Below are positions 1-9,391 of a stretch of 64,000 nt of DNA, piece after piece. The notes below the pieces were generated by a model, which saw only the letters and a program-made list of their open reading frames with translations, did no database searches and was not told the origin of the DNA. A program made the translations under genes and the position numbers. Source of the stretch: a virus. The stretch lies in the IMG/VR virus record IMGVR_UViG_3300025120_000019, one strand, 5' to 3'. Position 1 is the stretch's first letter. Each line of letters begins with the position of its first letter.

Positions 1-1
1 T

Positions 2-259
2 AAATGTTTTTTAACTAATGAACTAAAAAATTATTTACATGAAAATGTTGCTATGAAATCAGACAATCCAAAACTACATATTGCAAATAAAGGTAACGGA
101 ACTGTAGAATTACTAATAGGTTTAGGATACGGACTTGAAAATACTCCACATAATAAAGTGTTTTATAACGGAAATCATGATCCTATATGGAACCACCAAT
201 CAAGAAAGTGGGGTTTAAGGCAAACTTATAGAAAGAAAATTATTACACAGCAAGTTTAA
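2..259 (+). CDS. 3' part of a gene entering from outside the window; possibly nitroreductase-like
   Basis: The frame of the 53..259 ORF is open back to position 2 (KCFLTNELKNYLHENVAM...). ELLIGLGY resembles a nitroreductase C-terminal motif, but the match is weak. Confidence 0.45.
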   Translation, partial: KCFLTNELKNYLHENVAMKSDNPKLHIANKGNGTVELLIGLGYGLENTPHNKVFYNGNHDPIWNHQSRKWGLRQTYRKKIITQQV

Positions 260-1460
260 AACTTCTTGCAATTATATAATCAGAAATAGGGGTTGGCAAA
301 AAATCTTGGACTTTTTTATTATTTAATTTGTCCAATGCTTTAGTACTTTCAGATAATTTTTTCCAGTCTGACTTTTTTACTTTATGATCTTTAAAATTTT
401 CTGTATATTTTATAACATTTTTAAATTTTAAGAGTGACCAATGATAATTATAATGTCTTAAAACTTGTTCACAATCAGCTATTAATTTTTCTTTAAATTC
501 AATAGGGGCAAATTTAATATCAAACTCGTGATCCGGAGGTTTTAAGTTTACATCAATATTTATAGAAGCACCCATATCTATTGCTAATTTTCCTAAGGCG
601 GGCATTTCAAACATATTATAAAATTGTAGTACAGTAGCCATTGTAAAACCTCTTGCATCACTTTCATTTACAAAATCTTTGATTAAATATAAATTTTCTT
701 TAACTTTATCAAAGTTACCATGATGTCTAATGTAGTTGTAAACATTACCGGTACCGTCTATACTTACATTAACTATAACTGACTTAAATTTTTTCATTTT
801 TTCTATAAGTCTTTTGTTAAATTTTGTTGCATTAGTTGTAAATCTTAAGCTTAAATTTTTAGCATAATTATTTTCAATTGACCAATCTATTACTTCTAAA
901 AAATATTTACAAGCTGTAGGTTCTCCTCCTGTAACTTTAAGTAATTGTAATCCTTCTTCAATTAACTGTTTTGTATAAGCAACTTTCTCTTGAGATCTAG
1001 CCAGATCGCTCCACTTGCGAATATGGAGTGCTTGTAAGGTATGTAAATAATGCGGAACATCCTTACCACGTTTGTCTCTAAATGCTTCTTCAACAAGACT
1101 ACTATCACTAGGTTTACACATAACACAAGCTAAATTACAAGTGTTTGAATATGCAATATCTAAAAATGTAATTTTACTTTTATTCAAATCAATAGGCAAA
1201 CCAAATTGTTCAATAGCTCTTTCTCTAGCACTTTGTACACCTTTATTTTCATCAATCTGACATACACTGCATACCTTAGGAAATTTTCCTTTAATCATTT
1301 GTTTTCTGCTTTTATTATGCTCAAATGTATCTATTTTATCATTAAAATTTAACATAGCCCATTCATGATTATAATATGAATTACAGCAAGGAGCAACTTT
1401 TCCTTGAGTATCTATGTTTTGATGCATCCATAGATAAGGACATATTACTTCACTATGCAT
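243..1460 (-). CDS. Radical SAM protein with N-terminal twitch/SPASM-like Cys cluster
   Basis: CNLACVMC (CxxxCxxC), TGGEP, TTNAT and VSIDG motifs; N-terminal CPYLW...PCC...CSVC. Confidence 0.9.
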   Translation of the reverse strand: MHSEVICPYLWMHQNIDTQGKVAPCCNSYYNHEWAMLNFNDKIDTFEHNKSRKQMIKGKFPKVCSVCQIDENKGVQSARERAIEQFGLPIDLNKSKITFLDIAYSNTCNLACVMCKPSDSSLVEEAFRDKRGKDVPHYLHTLQALHIRKWSDLARSQEKVAYTKQLIEEGLQLLKVTGGEPTACKYFLEVIDWSIENNYAKNLSLRFTTNATKFNKRLIEKMKKFKSVIVNVSIDGTGNVYNYIRHHGNFDKVKENLYLIKDFVNESDARGFTMATVLQFYNMFEMPALGKLAIDMGASINIDVNLKPPDHEFDIKFAPIEFKEKLIADCEQVLRHYNYHWSLLKFKNVIKYTENFKDHKVKKSDWKKLSESTKALDKLNNKKVQDFLPTPISDYIIARSFKLAV

Positions 1461-2544
1461 CTAATTTAATCTCATTGTGATATGCTTTGTTTTTTGCACA
1501 GGTCCTAATACAACGTGCAAAATGTAATTCATGATCAGGATCCCAACTTGCTCCTAATAATTTTGTGTACCAAGGATGTTGTAAAATTTCATCTACAGTA
1601 TGATAATTTAAACTATTCCAGTTTGGTTCAAATTGATTTAATCTATCAATTATACCTTCTTGATTTTTAAAAGCACTATCATATAAAAAACAACAAGGCC
1701 ATAAAGTAGCATTTGCTCCGATAAATATTTCACCTTCGTGTATATATTTACAAACTACTGTTTTTAATATTTCTTTCTTTTTATCATCAAAGTTTTTATT
1801 TTTATTTTTGTGCAATTTATATTGCATAATAAATTTATCTAGTTCAGCTACCTGTGTTTTTTTACTATGCTCTTTTTTACCTGTTGTTGTGATTACTTTC
1901 TTTTCAACAACAACTTTCCTTTTCTCTTTATCTTTTTTTGCAATAGTAGCCACCCAATTTTGTAAACTATTCCTCATTCCTGTTCTGGTAGCAAAATTAA
2001 ATCCTAATGTATTTGCGTGTATCCTAGCCTTTTCTAACTCATGCTCATTGTGATCAAATACTATATAAATCCATGTAGCAGAACCTTCGTTTGCGTAATT
2101 TGCATAGGCTTGCATATTCCTTGCAACGATACTAAATTTTGTTTTGACCCTGTAAATATGATTTGTTTCTTCATGTCCATCAACACAGAAATGTATAAAA
2201 ACAAGTCCAGGACGTTGTTTTGAAATTTTTCCCATACGTTCCCACCAAGCCACTGGCTGAACACCTCCATTGGTACTAAGCTCGCAATAACCTCCATAGC
2301 TTGTTAGATAGTCAACCATATCTACACATTCTACGTGCATTGCAGGATCGCCAAGAACACCACAAAATTTAAATGATTTTCCGTCTATACTTTCTTTATT
2401 TGGAAAAATTTGTTTTATCTTTTCAAAATTTAAATTTTGGATATTTAATTTGTCCATGTTCTGTGTCCTTGCACAACCAGGACACGCGGCATTGCAATCA
2501 CTTGTTATTTCAAGTTCAATTTTTTTGAGATTTGCTAAATTCAT
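1453..2544 (-). CDS. Radical SAM protein with C-terminal SPASM/twitch-like domain
   Basis: ELEITSDCNAACPGC, CGVLGDP, STNGG, FCVDG; C-terminal C...PCC...CIRTC. Confidence 0.9.
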   Translation of the reverse strand: MNLANLKKIELEITSDCNAACPGCARTQNMDKLNIQNLNFEKIKQIFPNKESIDGKSFKFCGVLGDPAMHVECVDMVDYLTSYGGYCELSTNGGVQPVAWWERMGKISKQRPGLVFIHFCVDGHEETNHIYRVKTKFSIVARNMQAYANYANEGSATWIYIVFDHNEHELEKARIHANTLGFNFATRTGMRNSLQNWVATIAKKDKEKRKVVVEKKVITTTGKKEHSKKTQVAELDKFIMQYKLHKNKNKNFDDKKKEILKTVVCKYIHEGEIFIGANATLWPCCFLYDSAFKNQEGIIDRLNQFEPNWNSLNYHTVDEILQHPWYTKLLGASWDPDHELHFARCIRTCAKNKAYHNEIKLDA

Positions 2545-2565
2545 TAAATACGTATATAATCCTTC

Positions 2566-2579
2566 ATAAATATATTTAT
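2566..2579. promoter_or_regulatory. Palindromic pair of late-promoter boxes (ATAAATA/TATTTAT) between divergent radical SAM genes
   Basis: Perfect 14-bp palindrome ATAAATATATTTAT in the 59-bp divergent gap; gives TAAATA on both strands. Confidence 0.55.
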
Positions 2580-2603
2580 CACTTGTACTTTTTGGAAAAA
2601 AAT

Positions 2604-3905
2604 ATGAAAAAAACAGAATATTGGAATAGTATGCTGGCAGAAAATAAACAAAATAATAGTGAAATTCTACAGGTCAAAGATAATAACAAAATGTGTACTG
2701 CTCCATTTAATAGTTTGTATGTAGGACAACATAATTTAGTATCACATTGTTGTGGATCTAAATATCCGATAGGATACACAAATGAACAAACATTAAGTGA
2801 AATTATGGATGGAGAAAAATCAATAGATACTAGGCGGCAGTTGTTAAAAGGAGAATATCCTAACCATTGTGAAAGTTGTGATCATTTTGAACAAAGGTCA
2901 GGTAAAATACATCCTGTAAGAGATTTTTTCAAAAAATATAAATATCACCGATATAATGTAAAAACAAACGGTGAGGTTAAAAAGCACGATATTAAATTTC
3001 TTGACTTGCTGTTTAGTAATAAATGCAATTTTGCTTGCATGGGATGTAATGCAGAACTTAGTTCAACTATTGCAGATAATTATACAGATGCTTATGAAAT
3101 TTTTACTAAAGGACCATTTGGTAATGGAGAAATAAGACAGACAAATTGGGAATCATCACCTGACCATATAATTGATTTTGTAATAAAGCACAAAGACACA
3201 ATTAAAAAAATACATCTTAATGGAGGTGAACCATGGATGCAAGTAGGAGTGCATAAATTATTAGATAAGATGTTAGAACATGGGTTGCATAAAAAAATAG
3301 AACTCTGGACTCATACAAACGGAAGTATTCGTAATTACAAAGGTGTAAATATATTAGAGGATTATTTAAAACACTGGGGGGAAAAGGTTAGTGTATCTCT
3401 TAGCCATGATATGTATTATGAAAAAGGAGAATATGTAAGATATGGGTTAAAAACTAAAAAATGGGAAAATACACTACAACGACTACTAGAGATAAATGCA
3501 ACCGTATCTATAAGCTGTGCTTACAATATTTTTAATGCAACAAATTTACAAAATTTATACAATTACTACAGAAAAACACTTGGGTTCAAAGGCTATCTAT
3601 CTATGGGTATGTGGATAGATCCAAAACCATTTTCTGCACCAATGTTACAATTGGATCCTATACTAATGACAAAAGCACAAAACGAATTAAAAGCGATACG
3701 TACTATAAAAAGTCAAAATGATGATACTTACTGTGTTTGGGACACAAAACGTTTACTTGCCTTTCTTAACACCAAATGGTCAAATGATGAAATACAAGCT
3801 CATAAAAAAACTTTTCCTATAGCAATTGATAAGTTTGATAAACTTAGAAACACAGATTTTTTACAAACTTTTCCTGAATTAAAAAACTTATATTACTTAA
3901 ATTGA
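2604..3905 (+). CDS. Radical SAM protein with N-terminal twitch/SPASM-like Cys cluster
   Basis: CNFACMGC, NGGEP, HTNGS; N-terminal CTAPF...HCC...CESC. Start moved to ATG 2604 because the TTG at 2532 overlaps the divergent gene. Confidence 0.88.
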   Translation: MKKTEYWNSMLAENKQNNSEILQVKDNNKMCTAPFNSLYVGQHNLVSHCCGSKYPIGYTNEQTLSEIMDGEKSIDTRRQLLKGEYPNHCESCDHFEQRSGKIHPVRDFFKKYKYHRYNVKTNGEVKKHDIKFLDLLFSNKCNFACMGCNAELSSTIADNYTDAYEIFTKGPFGNGEIRQTNWESSPDHIIDFVIKHKDTIKKIHLNGGEPWMQVGVHKLLDKMLEHGLHKKIELWTHTNGSIRNYKGVNILEDYLKHWGEKVSVSLSHDMYYEKGEYVRYGLKTKKWENTLQRLLEINATVSISCAYNIFNATNLQNLYNYYRKTLGFKGYLSMGMWIDPKPFSAPMLQLDPILMTKAQNELKAIRTIKSQNDDTYCVWDTKRLLAFLNTKWSNDEIQAHKKTFPIAIDKFDKLRNTDFLQTFPELKNLYYLN

Positions 3906-4978
3906 GCCGCAAAAGGATCAAAATTGGCTCCGCATTTTTGTGAACATACACCTAATTTTCCTCCTTTAACATTATCTTTGTTCCAGCTTTGCTCAATACT
4001 AGAAAGCAATGGTCCTTCCATAACCCTTTTTAAATCATTCATAATAACATTTATACCGCCTTTTCCGCCGGCTCCGTTAATATAGTCCCAAATTTGTTCA
4101 ACTTTAGGATCTATATGCCACCACTTGTACATACGTCCAGCTGTCCAACAACACGGCATTAAAAGTCCTTCTGCTGTGATAAAAATATTGCCAGCATCCT
4201 TAACTTTACATTTAATTTTTGCTTTATCATAATAATCTAGCATACTGCCGAATTGTTTTACAATAGTTTTTTCTTTTTGTAATTCTTTATTTTCAAATTT
4301 AGTTTCTGTAGGTTTAGCAAGATTAGTTGTTTTTTGTCCTTTGCGGTTTATGGCTTGATGTGTATCTTTACCTGTCATTTTTTTAGTGCTAAAAAATCTT
4401 CCTGTTTTTTTTGGAATAAACTTTTCACATCCCCATTCTTCTGCTAATTTTCTTGCTTCTTCAACTTGATGTTGATTATGCTCAAATATTATGTAATCCC
4501 ATCTAGCTCTGCCACCGGCGGCAATGAAGGCCCGCATATTGGTTTCTACCTTTTCCCAAACAACATTTTGTCTATATAGATGATTAGTATCTTCTAAACC
4601 GTCAACACTAAAAATTACAGCGCCTGCTCTTCCAAGTACTTGTGCAAGTTCTGTCCACCAAGGCATATCCCTAGCACCTGCATTGGTATTCATGCTTAGC
4701 CACATACTATCGTTGTGTTCTCTAAAATATTTAAAAATTTCTAAAGTATCTCTTGCAACAATAGGATCACCTAGATTACCACACATATACATTATTTTTA
4801 ATTGTTTTATAAAATCGGGCTTGAAAATTTTTTTAGCTTTTTGTAATGTTATTTCTGCATTAGTCATATGTGGATTGTCTGCTCCGCCATTCATATTCCT
4901 ATCACACATAGGACAGGCCGCTTGACACTTCTGCGTTACTTCTAAATGAACTTCACGTATATCTTCGTATCTATACAT
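3893..4978 (-). CDS. Radical SAM protein with C-terminal SPASM/twitch-like domain
   Basis: HLEVTQKCQAACPMC, CGNLGDP, NTNAG, FSVDG; PCC and CSQKC near the C-terminus; paralog of 1453..2544. Confidence 0.9.
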   Translation of the reverse strand: MYRYEDIREVHLEVTQKCQAACPMCDRNMNGGADNPHMTNAEITLQKAKKIFKPDFIKQLKIMYMCGNLGDPIVARDTLEIFKYFREHNDSMWLSMNTNAGARDMPWWTELAQVLGRAGAVIFSVDGLEDTNHLYRQNVVWEKVETNMRAFIAAGGRARWDYIIFEHNQHQVEEARKLAEEWGCEKFIPKKTGRFFSTKKMTGKDTHQAINRKGQKTTNLAKPTETKFENKELQKEKTIVKQFGSMLDYYDKAKIKCKVKDAGNIFITAEGLLMPCCWTAGRMYKWWHIDPKVEQIWDYINGAGGKGGINVIMNDLKRVMEGPLLSSIEQSWNKDNVKGGKLGVCSQKCGANFDPFAAQFK

Positions 4979-5192
4979 CGCTAACTAACTTTACATCCTT
5001 ACCAGGTCCAACTTTGCTTGGAAGATCACCATATTGTTCAATGTACCATTCTATTACTGCTTTGTACCACAACTGACTATTATGATGTGCTTTTTTATTA
5101 AACATATGTATGTTATTATTTGTTGCTTGCATAGTGCTTAATGCCCTTGCACTTTCTTTCTGCAAATCTCTAAGATTTAAATCATCAAGCAT
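4971..5192 (-). CDS. Small hypothetical protein (73 aa)
   Basis: Tightly packed between its neighbours (1-bp gap upstream, 8-bp overlap downstream). Confidence 0.75.
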   Translation of the reverse strand: MLDDLNLRDLQKESARALSTMQATNNNIHMFNKKAHHNSQLWYKAVIEWYIEQYGDLPSKVGPGKDVKLVSDV

Positions 5193-5193
5193 T

Positions 5194-6252
5194 TTACTTT
5201 ATACCAATTTTCATAAATCTTTTGTACTTTGGTAATTGCAATTCTCCTTCATATAACACAGTTGTCATTGGTGACTTATTGCTAAACTCTTTTAAATCCT
5301 TAGAACAATTTACGTGTTCTTCAATCTCAAAATAATCATTTCCTTGTATTACAACAATTTTACCGTCGGGTATATTGTTATACCATTGTAAAAAATTATT
5401 TATATGTTCACTACTTGTGTTTATTATTGTATCTGGCGAGTCATATAATAATTCGCTGTCACCATTTCCTTTGAATACTTTATAACAATGTTCATCATTG
5501 AAATTTATTTCGTGAATATCTTGGCAACAAGATTTAAATCTCCAATCTTCTGTTACCCATTTTTTGTTAAAAATTTCCGCTATATGACTAGTTGTTGGAT
5601 CGGAATCAAAGTTTCTAATTTTTAATAAATCTATATCAGCATCAAATAGCATAGTAGCAAGTGTAGCATACCAGCCTGCACAAAGAAATATAGTTCCAAG
5701 AGGTCCAGTAGCTATACTACATTTTTCAAGTTCATTTACTAACCAAAGCTTACTTTCAAGCTGGCCTCTACTAAAACAATCTTCGTCAAATGCAATTTCT
5801 TTTTTATGCAAAGTTTTAAAAGCATAAACAAATTGATTAGGTACTTTCCATTGTTCTAACAATCTCCATAAATCAAAATAATTATCATTAAGGACTACAC
5901 CTTTTAGATCCTTATTATCTATTAATCTAAATATACTATGTATATTTTTATCAAGAACAGCTTTTCTCACGTCATCTGTACCAGGTAACAATCTAAATAG
6001 ACTATGTATATTTCCCTCTAAGGCCGCTTTACGTAAATCTTCTAATTCACCAATTATCCGTTTATTATCGATAATTCTAAATATACTATGCCAGTTTTCT
6101 TCCATAATTGCTTTACGAAGATCTTCTGAACAATCTGATAATTTGAATATACTTGCTAAATCTCTATCTATATATGCTCTTCTTAAATCTGCAATACGTT
6201 CATCATGCTTATATAGTAACTCAAACCTATCTAGTAATTTATAAATCTCCAT
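5194..6252 (-). CDS. Class I SAM-dependent methyltransferase-like protein with N-terminal helical repeats
   Basis: IFLCAGWYATLA (motif I-like), NFDSD (motif II acidic), DTIINTSSEH; five DLRKA...NxHSIFRL repeats. Confidence 0.65.
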   Translation of the reverse strand: MEIYKLLDRFELLYKHDERIADLRRAYIDRDLASIFKLSDCSEDLRKAIMEENWHSIFRIIDNKRIIGELEDLRKAALEGNIHSLFRLLPGTDDVRKAVLDKNIHSIFRLIDNKDLKGVVLNDNYFDLWRLLEQWKVPNQFVYAFKTLHKKEIAFDEDCFSRGQLESKLWLVNELEKCSIATGPLGTIFLCAGWYATLATMLFDADIDLLKIRNFDSDPTTSHIAEIFNKKWVTEDWRFKSCCQDIHEINFNDEHCYKVFKGNGDSELLYDSPDTIINTSSEHINNFLQWYNNIPDGKIVVIQGNDYFEIEEHVNCSKDLKEFSNKSPMTTVLYEGELQLPKYKRFMKIGIK

Positions 6253-7882
6253 TAAATTGTTCCCTTAGCCAGTCAAAGTCGTTTATTTTTTTCAACGCAT
6301 CTACATTACCTCTGTTTGCACTACCATACATCATACCTTCTTTTGCACCTTTAATTGCATATTCACCAAAGGGCTTATCCTTTCCAACGGTAGACCAAGT
6401 TGTTAACCTTTCGTCAGTTTCATCTGTCTTTTGTCTATCTATAATTTTACTACTTAATTTTGCACATTCCCTAAATGCACTTTTCCATGTATTAAAAGGA
6501 TCAGTATTAAATCCAGTGATATTAGATACAAGTTGAATAGGTTTAAATTTTGCACTAATACTTGTTGTCATATCTGGCTTGTTAACGTCCATGTTTAATG
6601 TAAGTTCTCTTGGAAATAGTTTTACACCTCCGTATCCATATATTAAATTATTAACTGGATTTTTACTTCTCCAAACATGAACATGATCATACTGCCAAGC
6701 AGGTGCCTGATAATCAAAATCAAAGTCGTCTAGTATTACTGCATCTCCATCTATAATCCAAAGCATTTCTGTTGAACATAGTTTCGCCGCTTCAATATGG
6801 GCTTGATGTATTCCTTTAACTCCGTGTACTCTTTTACACTGTGGAAACCTTTTACATATTTTTTTATAATTTTCCTCAGCGTTTGGTTCTTGGTAACTTA
6901 TAAACACCATATCATAAGGCTTAGGACTACTTGCTAATTCATCATGATCTTTTTTATGTGCAAGAAACTTAAATTCCCATTCACGTGGATGTATTTTTGC
7001 ATACTTACTGCATAGTATTATACCATCGTTGTATTTGCCGTTTAAAAAAGTATGGTTAATTTGTCTATCATACTCGTTGTTGTATTCAAAATAATGATTA
7101 AAAGTAAAACTATCATCTACTTCTACGTTATCAGGTATAACATAAAACATTTCTGTTGGACTTTCAACTACAGCATTTTGATAATCAATGTAATTACTTA
7201 CATTATAAACTTGATATTTTACTGGACCACTACCAACTATATCCCATTCTTTACAATTTACAATGAATCTATAATCAATTTCCTTTTTAGTTATAGGCCT
7301 GTGTTTTGACAATAAAAACAGTCCGTTTCTATATTCTTTGCCATATACATTATGAATGAAATTATGATTTTGATATCTATCTATTTTTTCATGATGATTA
7401 ATATAAAAATTTCTTATAAATTTATTATCAACAAAAATATTTGCACTACTCATCCAAAATAAATCTGTTGTTGAATTTTGCATTGCATATTCATAATCTG
7501 CAAAAGATTCAATTTCAAAAATATCAAATGGCTTTGGGTTACTAGCTAAAATATCAACTTCTTTTTTATTGGTGTAAAATCTGTATTCTATTTCTTTGGT
7601 ACTAATGGGAGCATCTTTTGGCACCAAAGAAATACCATCATAACTGTCGCCATTTTTAAATACATGAATATACTTCTGACTCCATTCGTCTGGTGTATAA
7701 CTAAAATCAAAGTTATTATCTATCTCAATATCAGGATACACTACCCAGAAAAATTTTGTTAAAGACGTCCGTTGTGCCGTAAACAAACTATCTGCAAACT
7801 TGGCAATAGGAATTTTTTTCTTAATTGTATTATATTGTTCTTTATAAATACCTTTGTCAGCAATAAAATATACATCATACAT
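6239..7882 (-). CDS. Glycosyltransferase-like (GT-A) protein with tandem degenerate N-terminal domains
   Basis: DMVFISYQEPNAEEN, RVHGVKGIHQAH, WIIDGD (DxD), YGYGGVKLFP. Start set to ATG 7882 because the TTG at 7897 lies inside the promoter. Confidence 0.7.
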   Translation of the reverse strand: MYDVYFIADKGIYKEQYNTIKKKIPIAKFADSLFTAQRTSLTKFFWVVYPDIEIDNNFDFSYTPDEWSQKYIHVFKNGDSYDGISLVPKDAPISTKEIEYRFYTNKKEVDILASNPKPFDIFEIESFADYEYAMQNSTTDLFWMSSANIFVDNKFIRNFYINHHEKIDRYQNHNFIHNVYGKEYRNGLFLLSKHRPITKKEIDYRFIVNCKEWDIVGSGPVKYQVYNVSNYIDYQNAVVESPTEMFYVIPDNVEVDDSFTFNHYFEYNNEYDRQINHTFLNGKYNDGIILCSKYAKIHPREWEFKFLAHKKDHDELASSPKPYDMVFISYQEPNAEENYKKICKRFPQCKRVHGVKGIHQAHIEAAKLCSTEMLWIIDGDAVILDDFDFDYQAPAWQYDHVHVWRSKNPVNNLIYGYGGVKLFPRELTLNMDVNKPDMTTSISAKFKPIQLVSNITGFNTDPFNTWKSAFRECAKLSSKIIDRQKTDETDERLTTWSTVGKDKPFGEYAIKGAKEGMMYGSANRGNVDALKKINDFDWLREQFNGDL

Positions 7883-7888
7883 ATAGTA

Positions 7889-7917
7889 ATTATACAAAAG
7901 AATTTCGTATTTGTCAA
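7889..7917 (-). promoter_or_regulatory. Consensus sigma70 promoter (extended -10)
   Basis: Minus strand TTGACA (7917-7912), 17 bp, TG-TATAAT (7894-7889). Confidence 0.85.
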
Positions 7918-7925
7918 TATTAGAA

Positions 7926-7931
7926 TAAATA
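7926..7931 (+). promoter_or_regulatory. T4-type late promoter box
   Basis: ATAAATA followed by AGGAG SD and ATG 7949. Confidence 0.55.
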
Positions 7932-7948
7932 TAATATAGGAGAAAAAA

Positions 7949-9391
7949 ATGACAGATTTTATTCCAGGCGATTCGTACCGCTTAGACATTGTAGGAGCAG
8001 ATAGCTCAATCATAATTGATAGCTGGCTTAGTCAAGTAAAAGCAAGTGTTGTAAACAAAGATGGACAACTACAAGTAGATACCACATTTGGTAAGTTGTA
8101 CGGACCAATGGTAGGAGATGTTGAACACGAAAGTGGAGATATATTACTCAATTCAGATTCAAGAACAGCATATTTTGATGTTGTAGGTAGTATTAAAAAT
8201 CAAAGCGGTGATAAAGTTTTGGATATGAATACTGGGCTACTTACTGGTAATTTAAAAGGTAGTATTGTAGATAGTAATACAAATGAATTAGTTTGGGATT
8301 CATCTACAAGCACATTTAAAGCTGATAGAATTGTTGGTGATTTTTATGGAACCTTACATGGCGAACTTGACCTAATTGGGGAAGTTGCTGGTACATTTAG
8401 AGGTAACCTGAATGGAAATACAACCGGTCATCATTATGGACACGTTACAGGAACTACAGAAGGCACACATATTGGTGAAGTTAAAAATGAAGATGGTGTA
8501 GTCACATTACACGCAAATGGCGATTTAAACGGAAATTTAAAAGGTAAAATTATTACTCCAGATGGTGATGATGTCTTAGCATATCATGATATCCTTAAAC
8601 ATTATAATTTAAAAGCAGGTATAGAACATCATAAAGATAGTAAAACAATTTTAGAATTAAATGATGATCATACTCATGCTACAATTAGGGCACACATTGG
8701 TTGGTATGATGGTACAAATGTTTTAGCATTAAAACGCTGGGATGAATCAGAAAAACCTGCTACGTTAGCTGAATATTATGGAGATGTGGTAGGTGGAGAT
8801 TATTATAGTCCTACAAAAGAACAAATGTTGAGATACAGAGATGCTACACAACTGTTAGGAACAAATAACGGACTTATTGAGATTGGCAATAATGCAACAG
8901 AAACAGTTAAAATATTTGGTGATAGTATAAACTATCATGTACAATCAAACCCAGTAAATACAACCAATCTTGCACATATAAATTATATGGCAGTAAATGG
9001 CGATGTATCTAATAAATTACCAATTAATCCTGGAGATAGTATGATGATATCTGCTGTTCATGCATGGGATGGTACAGGCTATAAAATAGGTGGTGGATTT
9101 GGATTTTTTGCTAACACCGAGGTTGTACCAGATCCAGATTTAGAAATTTATCCTACAGATTTTGGTATTACTTTAAGTGACGGAAGAACTCTACCGAGTG
9201 CTTTTTGGGATAATCCCACAGGATTAAATTTTAACGGTAAAGGTGTTTTGTCTGTTCCGATATTTCAAGCTAAAGGACACACAGAAGCAAGTAAAACAGA
9301 AGTTACTCCAACAGCTGGTATGATAATTTTTAACACAACAACTAAAAAGTTTCAAGGACATGACGGAGATAGATGGGTTAACCTTCACTAA
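7949..9391 (+). CDS. Fibre/virion-like protein with Gxxx repeats
   Basis: AGGAG SD; GNLKG/GTFRGNLNGNTTG repeats; C-terminal GMIIFNTTTKKFQGHDGDRW motif typical of phage fibre proteins. Confidence 0.6.
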   Translation: MTDFIPGDSYRLDIVGADSSIIIDSWLSQVKASVVNKDGQLQVDTTFGKLYGPMVGDVEHESGDILLNSDSRTAYFDVVGSIKNQSGDKVLDMNTGLLTGNLKGSIVDSNTNELVWDSSTSTFKADRIVGDFYGTLHGELDLIGEVAGTFRGNLNGNTTGHHYGHVTGTTEGTHIGEVKNEDGVVTLHANGDLNGNLKGKIITPDGDDVLAYHDILKHYNLKAGIEHHKDSKTILELNDDHTHATIRAHIGWYDGTNVLALKRWDESEKPATLAEYYGDVVGGDYYSPTKEQMLRYRDATQLLGTNNGLIEIGNNATETVKIFGDSINYHVQSNPVNTTNLAHINYMAVNGDVSNKLPINPGDSMMISAVHAWDGTGYKIGGGFGFFANTEVVPDPDLEIYPTDFGITLSDGRTLPSAFWDNPTGLNFNGKGVLSVPIFQAKGHTEASKTEVTPTAGMIIFNTTTKKFQGHDGDRWVNLH

